64,000 nt of DNA from an uncultured Gemmatimonadales bacterium (GTDB lineage: Bacteria > Gemmatimonadota > Gemmatimonadetes > Gemmatimonadales > GWC2-71-9). The stretch covers positions 32,001-96,000 of the forward strand of contig CAVSQW010000009.1 of NCBI GenBank assembly GCA_963730185.1. Reading direction: 5' to 3'. Shown here one piece after another: positions 11,031 through 19,972 of the stretch. The stretch's first letter is position 1, and each line of letters opens with the position of its first letter. Below the pieces are notes generated by a model. That model searched no databases. It saw nothing but the letters and a program-made list of their open reading frames with translations, and was not told the DNA's origin. Both the position numbers and the translations under genes were made by a program.

Positions 11031-14000
11031 GTGATCGGACGCTTCGCGACCCGCTCGTCGCTCTCGATCGTCTTCATCTGCGCCGCGCTTTGCCTGGCCG
11101 GCGGCTACGCGGCGTTCTCGGTCGCGTCGTCGGTCTTCCCGCAGACCGACTTTCCCCGGGTCGTGATCCTGGTCGACAATGGGGTCATGCCGGGCGACGA
11201 GATGATGGCCCGGATCACCCGCCCGATCGAAGAGGCGATGAAGGACATCCGCGGCGTCACCACGGTGAAGTCCGCCACCGGTCGCGGCTCGGCCGAGATC
11301 AACGTGTTCTTCACCTGGAACGTCGACATGATCCAGTCGGAGCTCTATGTCCTGAGCCGACTGGGCCAAATCCGGAGCACCCTGCCCGCCAGCGCGACCA
11401 CGACCGTCTATCGGCTCACCTTCGCCGCGTTTCCGATCGTCGGCGTCAGCCTCACCAGCGATACCCGGGACATCACCGAGCTCTGGGAGACGGCCCGCTA
11501 CAACCTGAAGCTCCGCTTCCTCCAGATCCCGGGCGTGGCCCGGGTGGATCTGGTGGGCGGCCGGGCCCCCGAATACCACGTCGTCGTCGACCCCCTCCGG
11601 CTCTCGGCGGCCCACCTGAGCCTGAGCGACGTGACCGCCGCGCTCGACGCCAACAACCTGGTGGCCCCGGCCGGGATGCATCAGGAGAACCACACCCTCT
11701 ACCTGACCGTGGTGGATGGACGGGTCCACTCCATCCGGGATCTCGAGGACTTCGTCGTCACTTCCGCGGGCGGCCACCCGGTCCGGATCCGCGATTTCGC
11801 CACCGTGCGGCGGGGACCGGAGCCGGTCTTCAACGTGGTCACGGCCGACGGGCACAACGCCGTCCTGCTCAACGTCCGGAGCCAGCCCGACGGCAGCACG
11901 CTGAACATCGCGAACGCGCTCCGGGCCCAGATCACCGAGCTCCGGCAAGAGCTTCCGCCGGACATGAAGCTCGCCTTCTTCTACGACCAGTCGGAGATCG
12001 TCCGGGCATCGGTCGACAGCGTCTGGGAAGCGATCCTCTTCGGGCTGGTGCTGTCGGTGCTGATCCTCTACTCGTTCCTCAAGAGCTGGAGCACCACCCT
12101 GGTCGCGACCATGGTCATCCCGGTCACGGTGCTGATCACTCTGGTCGCGATGAAGCTCACCGGACTCACCTTCAACCTGATGACGCTCGGCGGGATCGCG
12201 GCCGCCATCGGCCTGGTGATCGACGACGCCATCGTCGTGGTCGAGGCGATTCACACCCGGAGCGCCGGAGGCGGGAGCCGGGAGGAGGCGGTCGAACAGG
12301 GCATCGGCGAGATCTTCCGCCCGCTGGTCGGGTCGACCCTGACCCCAGTGGTGGTCTTCATCCCGCTGGCGTTTCTCTCGGGGATCACCGGTGTGTTTTT
12401 CCGGGCCCTGGCGCTCACCATGGTGGTGTCGCTGCTCACCTCACTGGTGTTGGCGGTGACCCTCACCCCCTCGCTCGCGGCCTGGCTCATCCGCCCCCGG
12501 CGAGGCGCCCCGGCCGGGGAGCCGACCGAGCAGGCCGGACCGATCCTGACCCGGGTGATCGACCTCTACGAGCGCGCGGTCCGCCCCGCGCTCCGGCACC
12601 CGTGGCGCATCATGGGCGCCTCGGCGCTCATTCTCGTCGCCGGCGTCGTGGTCTATCGCCAGCTCGACAGCGAGTTCCTTCCGCCCATGGACGAGGGCGG
12701 GTTCGTGATCGACTACTTCACCCCGCCCGGCACCAGCTTGGAGGAAACCAACCGCCAGCTGCTCGGGGCGGAGCGGATCCTCCGGTCGGTCCCGGAGGTG
12801 GAGAGCTACTCCCGCCGGACCGGCGCGCGGCTGGCCCTCGCGATCGCCGAACCCAACACCGGCGACTTCCTGGTCAAGCTCAGGTCCGACCGGAAGCGGT
12901 CCACCGACGAGGTCATTTCCGAGCTCCGGCACCGGTTCAACACCGAGCTTCCCGGCGCCAACTGGGAGTTTCCCGGAATCCTCGGCGACCTGATCGGCGA
13001 CCTCATGTGGGCCCCCCAACCGATCGAGATCAAGCTCTACTCCACCGATCAGACCTGGCTGGAGCGGAAGGCGCCGGAAGTGGCGGCCCGGCTGGAAAAG
13101 ATGCCCGGAGTCGTCGACGTCTTCGACGGACTGGTCTACACCGGCCCCGACATCAGCCTCCGGACCCGCCCGCTCGACGCCCGCCGCTTCGGCCTCACCG
13201 CCGACGACATCGCCAACGCGGCGAATACGGCGATGCTGGGCCAGACCGCGTCGTCGGTGTTGGAGGGGGATCGGATCGTCGACGTCCGGGTCAAGGTCGA
13301 CACCACCCGGCTCACCCGGCTCGCCGACATCGAGAACCTGCCGATCCGCACCGCGCAGGGGACGCTGGTCAAGCTCTCCCAGGTGGTGGACGTACTGGAG
13401 GAGCCCGGTCAGCTCGAACGGCGGCGCGAGGATGGGCGGCAGGACGTGGCGGTCACCGCGCGGCTCGAGGGCCGGGACATGGGCAGCGCCATGCAGGAGA
13501 TCCGTCAGGTGCTGGGCGCCGACCAGTCCATCCCACCCGGCACCATCGAGTACGGGGGTCTCTATCAGCAGCAGCAGGAGTCGTTTCGGAACCTGGTCGT
13601 CGTCCTGATGATGGCGATCACCTTGGTCTTCACCGTGCTGCTGCTCGAATTCGGTTCCTTCGCCGAGCCCCTGGCGATCGTCTTCGGGGCGGTCCTGGCC
13701 CTCTTCGGGACGGTGCTGGCGCTCTGGCTCACCGGCACGTCCTTCAACGTGGTCTCGTTTCTCGGCGCCATCATCGGGGTCGGCATCGTCGCCAAGAACG
13801 GGATCCTGATGCTCGATTTCGTGAAGCACCTTCGGGCCGACGGGCTCGACCTGGCCGAGGCGCTGGTCCGGTCGGGCCGGCGGCGTCTCCGGCCGGTGCT
13901 GATGACCTCCTTCGCGGCCGCGCTCGGGATGCTGCCGCTGGCGTGGGGCATCGGCTCGGGCGCGGACATGCTCCGGCCCCTGGCCATCGCGGTGATCGGC

Positions 14001-14084
14001 GCCCTGGCGATCTCGGTGCTCTTGTCGCTGGTGGCGACGCCGGCCCTCTACTACCTCCTGGTCCGGCGGCGCGCGGTAGCCTAA
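11031..14084 (+). CDS. RND efflux permease (CusA/CzcA/AcrB superfamily)
   Basis: GLVIDDAIVVVE (TM4), FLPPMDEG, KNGILM, RRLRPVLMT. GTG at 11031. Confidence 0.92.
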   Translation: MIGRFATRSSLSIVFICAALCLAGGYAAFSVASSVFPQTDFPRVVILVDNGVMPGDEMMARITRPIEEAMKDIRGVTTVKSATGRGSAEINVFFTWNVDMIQSELYVLSRLGQIRSTLPASATTTVYRLTFAAFPIVGVSLTSDTRDITELWETARYNLKLRFLQIPGVARVDLVGGRAPEYHVVVDPLRLSAAHLSLSDVTAALDANNLVAPAGMHQENHTLYLTVVDGRVHSIRDLEDFVVTSAGGHPVRIRDFATVRRGPEPVFNVVTADGHNAVLLNVRSQPDGSTLNIANALRAQITELRQELPPDMKLAFFYDQSEIVRASVDSVWEAILFGLVLSVLILYSFLKSWSTTLVATMVIPVTVLITLVAMKLTGLTFNLMTLGGIAAAIGLVIDDAIVVVEAIHTRSAGGGSREEAVEQGIGEIFRPLVGSTLTPVVVFIPLAFLSGITGVFFRALALTMVVSLLTSLVLAVTLTPSLAAWLIRPRRGAPAGEPTEQAGPILTRVIDLYERAVRPALRHPWRIMGASALILVAGVVVYRQLDSEFLPPMDEGGFVIDYFTPPGTSLEETNRQLLGAERILRSVPEVESYSRRTGARLALAIAEPNTGDFLVKLRSDRKRSTDEVISELRHRFNTELPGANWEFPGILGDLIGDLMWAPQPIEIKLYSTDQTWLERKAPEVAARLEKMPGVVDVFDGLVYTGPDISLRTRPLDARRFGLTADDIANAANTAMLGQTASSVLEGDRIVDVRVKVDTTRLTRLADIENLPIRTAQGTLVKLSQVVDVLEEPGQLERRREDGRQDVAVTARLEGRDMGSAMQEIRQVLGADQSIPPGTIEYGGLYQQQQESFRNLVVVLMMAITLVFTVLLLEFGSFAEPLAIVFGAVLALFGTVLALWLTGTSFNVVSFLGAIIGVGIVAKNGILMLDFVKHLRADGLDLAEALVRSGRRRLRPVLMTSFAAALGMLPLAWGIGSGADMLRPLAIAVIGALAISVLLSLVATPALYYLLVRRRAVA

Positions 14085-14175
14085 GGGCCGAGAGCCTCGC
14101 CGTGACCCCGCTCGACTAGGCCGAACGAGTTCGCCAAGCGGATCGGGAGGATCGATCGGCGGGGGCGGCCCCTCG

Positions 14176-14952
14176 TCAGGCCCGGGCCGGCCGACGATCG
14201 ATCCAGACCAGCCCCACCCCCAGCACCACTTTGAGCAGCGCGTCGCCCATGGCCGGCCCGAACAGATCGGTGGGAATCACCAGCCCCATGGCGGCGGTCG
14301 CGTTGGTCATGGCGTGCATCATCAGACAGAGAAGGACGCTCCCCGTTCGGGCGTAGAGCCACGCCAGCAGGAAGGCCTGCCCGACCACGCCGACCGCGAA
14401 GACCGCGAAGCTGGTCCCGTACTGGCCCACTCCGGGAATCGAGAACAGCGGCAGGTGCCACGCCGCCCAGACCAGGCCAACCAGCAATGCCGCCCGGGCC
14501 CGGCTCATCCGCCGCTCCAGCTCGGGCTGGGCGACCCCCCGCCAACCCAGCTCCTCCAGGCCACCCCCGATGATCATCGTCAGGAAGAGCGGCACCAGCT
14601 GGCCCCACGGCTTGAACGCGACCCGGTCCGCGAAGCTGGGCTCCACGGCCATGGTGGCCCGGACCGACACGAAGCCAATCGCGAAGGGGAGACCGAGGGC
14701 GACCAGGTACCAGACCGGGTTCACCCGCCACCGGAAGAGCCGCCGGTGGTACTCCGAGAGCGGTGCCTCGGCCCGGGTCGCGATCACCGCCACGTAGGCC
14801 GCGATGGTCGGCCCGAACCCGCCCAAGAGATAGAATGTCATGAAGAGGGGCTGGCCGTAGCTCATCGCGCCCCGGCCGGTGAGCCAGGCGAGCGACCACC
14901 AGCACCCCCAGGTGATCACGAACGTCGTCAGGAAGAAGATCCGAACTCGCAC
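14176..14952 (-). CDS. CPBP (CAAX protease/Abi) family intramembrane glutamic endopeptidase
   Basis: EELGWRG, WAAWH and HAMTN motifs in a multi-TM protein. Confidence 0.9.
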   Translation of the reverse strand: MRVRIFFLTTFVITWGCWWSLAWLTGRGAMSYGQPLFMTFYLLGGFGPTIAAYVAVIATRAEAPLSEYHRRLFRWRVNPVWYLVALGLPFAIGFVSVRATMAVEPSFADRVAFKPWGQLVPLFLTMIIGGGLEELGWRGVAQPELERRMSRARAALLVGLVWAAWHLPLFSIPGVGQYGTSFAVFAVGVVGQAFLLAWLYARTGSVLLCLMMHAMTNATAAMGLVIPTDLFGPAMGDALLKVVLGVGLVWIDRRPARA

Positions 14953-14990
14953 GGTGTCCCCCTCGGCCGCCCGATGCGGCGCTCAGGCGT

Positions 14991-16415
14991 TCAACGGATC
15001 CCGACTTGGCCTTTGGCCGCCGCGATCAGCGCCGGCGAATCGAACCCCCAACCATCCTTCAGAACCAGCTCCACCTTCCGGATGTCCCCGATCCGGACGG
15101 CCGGGTTCCCGTCGATCACGACGAGGTCGGCGGCCTTCCCGGCCTCGACGGTACCGGTCCGGTCCAGGATGCCCAGGGCCCGCGCGCCGTTGGCGGTCGC
15201 GATCCGGATCGCCTCCACCACCGAGAAGCCGCCTTCCACCAGCAGCTCGAGGTTCCGCTGATCGCCGAATCCGAACAAGGCCCCGCCGCTCCCGGTGGGA
15301 TCGACCCCGGCGGCGAGGTTCCCGCCCGCCTTCACGAAGGCCTGCTCGTACCGGCGCCCGGTGTCGAACAGCGACGGCGGCAGGCCGGACTCCGGCTTCG
15401 CCGCCAGGGCAGCCCGCGCGGCCAGGTACTCTTCCCGCGCCTCGGGGGAGAGCGCGTCGAGCACCCGCTGATCCAGCGGGGGCCGATCGGGAAGGTAGAG
15501 CTCGATCACCGCGAGGGTGGAGGTCAGGGTGACGCCGTGCGAGATCAGGTCCCGGAAGGTCGCCTGGACCGGCTCGCTCGTCAGGTCGAGTCCCCTCAGG
15601 CTCGAGATGAGATTCGGCGAGCAGCGATCCGGCGTCCGGGTCCGATCGTAGTCGGCATTCGCGAAGAGGCCGTGCTCCAGGCCGTCGATCCCGAGCGCCA
15701 CCGCCTCCCGGTACGACACCGAGCAGAGATGCCCGGTGAACTTGAGGCCCCGGCGGTGGCCTTCGTCGATGGCCGCCTTCATCGCCGCCCGGCTGATGGT
15801 CGTGTAGAACTTGATCCACTGCACCCCTTCGTCCGCCCAATACGCCACCACCCGACGGGCCTCGTCCTCGCTCGTGATCTCCACCATCGTGCTGCCCCGG
15901 CCGGACCCGGGCCCGGTCAGGTACGGGCCGGTGATGAACATGTGCGGACCGGGAAAGGCGCCAGCATCGATCGACCGCTTGAGGTTGATCTCGGCATAGG
16001 GGCTGTTGGCCCCGGTGGTCCGGATCGTGGTCACGCCGGCGGCGAGATAGAGGAGCGGCGACGTGTAGCTCGACTGGACCACCCGCCCGGCCGTGGTGTA
16101 GAAAGAATGGTCGTGGAGCCCAACCAGGCCCGGGATCACCGTCTTGCCAGTCAGGTCCAGCACCGTGGCGCCGCCCGGGATCCTGGCCGCCCCGGCCGAT
16201 CCCACCCAGGCGATCGATCCGTCGGACACCACCACGGTCTGATCCTCCCGGGGCGGAGCCCCGGTCCCGTCGATCACCCGGACGTGGGTCAGCGCCACGA
16301 CCGGCGCGCCGACCCGGACGTACTTCATCGTCTCGGGCGACAGGGTCGGCCGCTGGGCCCGGATCGGCGAGACGATGGCGGCGACGAGGCCCGCCAGGGC
16401 GAGAGAAGTACGCAT
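14991..16415 (-). CDS. Secreted amidohydrolase family protein
   Basis: Signal peptide, PGLVGLHDH metal motif, GVTTIRT, GTVEAGKAADLVVIDGNP. Confidence 0.9.
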   Translation of the reverse strand: MRTSLALAGLVAAIVSPIRAQRPTLSPETMKYVRVGAPVVALTHVRVIDGTGAPPREDQTVVVSDGSIAWVGSAGAARIPGGATVLDLTGKTVIPGLVGLHDHSFYTTAGRVVQSSYTSPLLYLAAGVTTIRTTGANSPYAEINLKRSIDAGAFPGPHMFITGPYLTGPGSGRGSTMVEITSEDEARRVVAYWADEGVQWIKFYTTISRAAMKAAIDEGHRRGLKFTGHLCSVSYREAVALGIDGLEHGLFANADYDRTRTPDRCSPNLISSLRGLDLTSEPVQATFRDLISHGVTLTSTLAVIELYLPDRPPLDQRVLDALSPEAREEYLAARAALAAKPESGLPPSLFDTGRRYEQAFVKAGGNLAAGVDPTGSGGALFGFGDQRNLELLVEGGFSVVEAIRIATANGARALGILDRTGTVEAGKAADLVVIDGNPAVRIGDIRKVELVLKDGWGFDSPALIAAAKGQVGIR

Positions 16416-16421
16416 CGAAAT

Positions 16422-16450
16422 AAAGTATCAACTGTTTCTTATTATCGCAA
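16422..16450 (-). promoter_or_regulatory. Sigma70 promoter of the amidohydrolase with an overlapping imperfect palindrome (candidate TetR operator)
   Basis: TTGCGA(16450-16445)-17 bp-TACTTT(16427-16422), ATG 6 nt downstream. AAGTATCAACTGTTTCTT (16423-16440) is an imperfect palindrome in an AT-rich patch. Confidence 0.6.
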
Positions 16451-17077
16451 TCGACCGCCGGTCGTCCGCCGCGTCGACGGTCGGGTGGGCCGGAACAGCT
16501 TGGCGAGATGGATTCGGATCAACCGCCGCTGCCGGGTGGGCGCGTATCGGTTCGGTTGGGCGACGTGACTTACGCCCAGTCCATCGGTCAGGGCCATGAG
16601 GATGTCGGTCTCGGCGACCAGGTCGAGGCCGTCCCTGAGCTCGCCGGCCGCGGCGAGGGCCTCGAGCTCCTGGAGCACCCGGCCTCGGATCTCGCTCAGG
16701 CGGCTCTGCATCGACCGGCGGAGCCGCTCGTTCTGGGCGGCGGCTTCGAGGTAGGCCAGCCAGATCCGCCAGCCGACCTCGCTCGACTCCTCGAGGGGCA
16801 CCATGGTGTCGAGCAGGGCCACCAGCCGGCGCCGCCCCCGCTTCGGAGCCACGTGCTCGTCGATCGAGGCGATCAGCCGTTCGGCGAAGCGGGTCCCGCC
16901 GAAGAGGATCAGGTCTTCCTTGTCGCGGAAATAGTACGTCACTACCCGGAGCGTCGCCCCGAGCTCGGCGGCTACCGCGCGGAGCGTGGCACCTTGGAGG
17001 CCGTCCCGCCGGATCACCCGCCACGCCGCCCGGGCGACCGCATCACGACTGAAGGTTCGTCCCGCGACTCGGGCCAC
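16442..17077 (-). CDS. TetR/AcrR family regulator (BetI-like C-terminal domain)
   Basis: HTH region GLQGATLRAVAAELGATLRVVTYYFRDKEDL. GTG 17077 with GGAG RBS. Confidence 0.88.
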   Translation of the reverse strand: MARVAGRTFSRDAVARAAWRVIRRDGLQGATLRAVAAELGATLRVVTYYFRDKEDLILFGGTRFAERLIASIDEHVAPKRGRRRLVALLDTMVPLEESSEVGWRIWLAYLEAAAQNERLRRSMQSRLSEIRGRVLQELEALAAAGELRDGLDLVAETDILMALTDGLGVSHVAQPNRYAPTRQRRLIRIHLAKLFRPTRPSTRRTTGGRLR

Positions 17078-17134
17078 CGGCGTGCTCCAGCAGGAGGATG
17101 CGCCCCAATCTACCAGGGATGGGCGAGGGTCCCG

Positions 17135-17172
17135 AAAAAACCACGACCCCGGTCGTCGGGCGACCAGGGTCG
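17135..17172 (-). terminator. Rho-independent terminator downstream of tRNA-Phe
   Basis: 12-bp stem CGACCCTGGTCG/CGACCGGGGTCG (one G-U pair), 5-nt loop, then TGGTTTTTT on the minus strand. Confidence 0.75.
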
Positions 17173-17222
17173 ATGCTGCCAATGGGCCTAAGCTGTTTCA
17201 GATCAACGGTCTGTACGACAAG

Positions 17223-17295
<73 letters not shown>

Positions 17296-17401
17296 TCGGG
17301 GGCGGGGAATATATAGAATATCCCCGCTCCTCTGCCAGATCGTCGTACAGGATCGACCGGCCTGCTCCGCCCGGTGACGTTGCCCCCCGAGGGGGAGTCT
17401 C

Positions 17402-18820
17402 TTGAGACACCTACGTCCCGGGAGTGGCGGTCTGCGCCTCCGTATCCCCGTCGTCCAGGTCCTGCTCCTCGCCGCCGGCGCCCTCTTGGCCGGCTGCCAG
17501 GGCCGCGAGCCGACTGCCCCACCACCGCCACCCGGCCCACCGCACCTGAGCGCCGCCGGCGGGGACTTCCAGATCGGCGAGCCGGGTGAGCTCCTGACCG
17601 ACGCGCTGGTGGTCCAAGCCATGGACCCCAAGGGCCGCCCGGTTCCCGGAGTGCCGGTTCGCTGGCAGGCGGAGCTCAACGGCACCCTCGAGTCGGCCGA
17701 CGCAACCACCCGGGCCGACGGCCGGGCCGAGGCTCGGTTCCGCCTCGGCACCACCACCGGGAACGCCGCGGCCTCGGCGGCGATCGAGAGCGCGACCCAG
17801 ACCGCCGCGGCGACCTTCACGTTGGCGGCCGTCCCCACCTCCGCCTCCCTCGAGCCGGGCGAGCGGCTCGGCCTCCATTTCGCCACCTTCGAGGGCTCGG
17901 GTCAGGTGGTCCATCCCGACTACGCCGCGACCCCGGGCTGGCACGTACCCCGCCACCTGGCCATCACCCCCTACCCCAACGGCAGCTCGGCCCGCGAGCT
18001 GCCGTCGCTCTTCGGCAGCTGGAGCGCGGTCGACTGGATCGTCCCGCCCGGCGCGCCCAACCCGGTCATACCAGCCCCCGACGACGGGTATCTCTCGGAC
18101 CCCGATCTGGTCTTCGTGCCGGAGGCCCACGAGCTCTGGCTCTACTACCGGGCCGTGACCATCCGGAACCTGATCTACCTGGTCCGCACCAGCGACGGAG
18201 GCCGGCACTGGACCGAGCCCGAGCTGGTGGTGACCACCCCCAACCACGAGATCATCTCACCGGCCGTGGTCCGGCGGGCGAGCGGCGACTGGTGGATGTG
18301 GTCGGTGAACGGCGGGCCGATCGGCTGCAACGCGAAGACCACCGGTGTGGAGCTCCGCCGCTCGATGGACGGCCACCACTGGGGCCCGCCGGAGCCGCTG
18401 GCGCTGGGCGACCAGACCCTCTGGCCCTGGCACCTCGACGTCCAGTGGATCCCGAGCCGAGAGGAGTTCTGGGCCCTCTACAACGCCAAAATCGCCGGCA
18501 ACTGCGCCACCCCGGCGCTGCTGCTGGCAACCAGTCGCGACGGCCGGATCTGGACCACCGCCGCCCGCCCGGTGATGCTGAAGGGAGACCTCGAGGCTTT
18601 CCGGGACATCGTCTACCGGTCCACGTTCGACTACCGCCCGGCCAGCGACGACGTGATCCTCTGGTACTCGGGGGCCACCTTCATCGGCGGGAGCTGGACC
18701 TGGAGCGCGGTGGTGGAACGGCGGGCGCGGAGCGATCTCTTCGCTCCCCTGACGGCCGGGCCGCTGGCGGCTCGGATCGCCGCGCTCCCACCGTCACCGC
18801 CGCTGGTCGACTGGCCCTGA
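17402..18820 (+). CDS. Lipoprotein with Ig-like (Big_1-type) domain and a glycoside-hydrolase-like beta-propeller domain
   Basis: Lipobox LLAGC, Pro linker, Ig-like GRPVPGVPVRW...TTRADGRA, then HPD/SDPD motifs and Asp-box-like repeats (TSDGGRHW, SMDGHHW, SRDGRIW). Confidence 0.6.
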   Translation: MRHLRPGSGGLRLRIPVVQVLLLAAGALLAGCQGREPTAPPPPPGPPHLSAAGGDFQIGEPGELLTDALVVQAMDPKGRPVPGVPVRWQAELNGTLESADATTRADGRAEARFRLGTTTGNAAASAAIESATQTAAATFTLAAVPTSASLEPGERLGLHFATFEGSGQVVHPDYAATPGWHVPRHLAITPYPNGSSARELPSLFGSWSAVDWIVPPGAPNPVIPAPDDGYLSDPDLVFVPEAHELWLYYRAVTIRNLIYLVRTSDGGRHWTEPELVVTTPNHEIISPAVVRRASGDWWMWSVNGGPIGCNAKTTGVELRRSMDGHHWGPPEPLALGDQTLWPWHLDVQWIPSREEFWALYNAKIAGNCATPALLLATSRDGRIWTTAARPVMLKGDLEAFRDIVYRSTFDYRPASDDVILWYSGATFIGGSWTWSAVVERRARSDLFAPLTAGPLAARIAALPPSPPLVDWP

Positions 18821-18832
18821 GCCAGTCCCGCG

Positions 18833-19972
18833 TTACTGCGCCAGCCGAGCCAGAACCAGCGCCACAGGGTCGTCCGGCCCCGCCGGGGCGGCGCAGGCGC
18901 TCTGACGGGTCTGCCAGATGTGTTCGGCCAGATCCAGGTTGGCTTCGTACGCCCGCCGCTGCCGGGCCGGGCGCACGGTCCTGGCCAGGAACGCCTTGGC
19001 GCTGTCGATCGTGGCCCGGGCCGCCGAGCCGGCCGCCGGCCGGGCGCACCGCTCCAGCTCCTGGCTCGCCAGCTCCAACAGGGTCCGGCTCCGGCGGTGC
19101 TGCTCAGCCGTGGCTAACCCGCGCTGGGTTGGATCGAGCGACAGGACCTCGTCCACCAGAGCCAGCCGCTCCGTGATGGTCGAGTCATCCGGCGCCAGCC
19201 GGGCCGCGGTGAGGAGCGAGGTCCGCGCGGTCCGGTAGTTGCCCCGGGCGAACGCCGCCTCGCCGAGACCGGCGTGGGCGTCGGCGTCGTCCGGGTTGTG
19301 GCGCAGGATGTCCTGGAAGATCGACGTGGCCCGGGTGGGCGACCCGGCCAGCACGAAGAGGTGGCCCAGCCGCTCCCGGAGCGGGAGCGAGTCGGGCGCC
19401 TCGTCGAGCAGGGGCAGGAGCTCTGCCAACAGGTCCTGGCGGGAGTTCTGCCGGACCAGGAGGTCGATCAGCTCGAACCGGGTCCGGACCCGACTCTCGG
19501 CGGCGTCGTTCTCCCATTGGCCGTAGATGGCCCGGTGATAGTACGAGGTGGCCTCCGCGAACCGGCGCTCGTTGACCAGGGTGCGCGCCATGGCCAGGTT
19601 GGCCGGCCCCCAGGTGGCGTTCCGTTGCAGCACCTCGGCGAGCTGGGCCTCGGCGTCCGAGTACTTGCCGGCGTCGACCAGGGCGTCGGCCAACGCCAGC
19701 TGATAGTCGCGGTTGCCTCGGGCCGCGATCGACGCCGAGCGAAACCGGTCGATCGCCTCGCGGTAGTCGCCCGCCGCGGCCAGCCGCGTTCCTTCCTGGT
19801 AGAGGTTGGCGGCTTCGGAGCGGGATTCCCGCTGATCGATCCCCGCCAGGAAGGTGTCGAACGAAAACAGCAGGGCGATACCGACGAAGATCAGGACGAA
19901 CGTCGTCCAGAAAGCCTGCGGGGTCGGGGGCGCCTCCGGTCGCCGGCCGGGGCGGGCGGCGCCGTCAGCCAC
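18833..19972 (-). CDS. Membrane-anchored tetratricopeptide-repeat protein
   Basis: Single N-terminal TM segment followed by TPR-like helices (e.g. PDDADAHAGLGEAAFARGNY). Start overlaps the ClC stop. Confidence 0.8.
   Translation of the reverse strand: MADGAARPGRRPEAPPTPQAFWTTFVLIFVGIALLFSFDTFLAGIDQRESRSEAANLYQEGTRLAAAGDYREAIDRFRSASIAARGNRDYQLALADALVDAGKYSDAEAQLAEVLQRNATWGPANLAMARTLVNERRFAEATSYYHRAIYGQWENDAAESRVRTRFELIDLLVRQNSRQDLLAELLPLLDEAPDSLPLRERLGHLFVLAGSPTRATSIFQDILRHNPDDADAHAGLGEAAFARGNYRTARTSLLTAARLAPDDSTITERLALVDEVLSLDPTQRGLATAEQHRRSRTLLELASQELERCARPAAGSAARATIDSAKAFLARTVRPARQRRAYEANLDLAEHIWQTRQSACAAPAGPDDPVALVLARLAQ

Noticed and set aside
11090..14119. Very long alternative-frame and antisense ORFs (e.g. 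11090..14119, 41032..43338, 51484..53490)
   Set aside because: They are Arg/Gly/Pro-rich shadow frames expected in high-GC coding DNA, have no recognisable motifs, and overlap well-supported genes.
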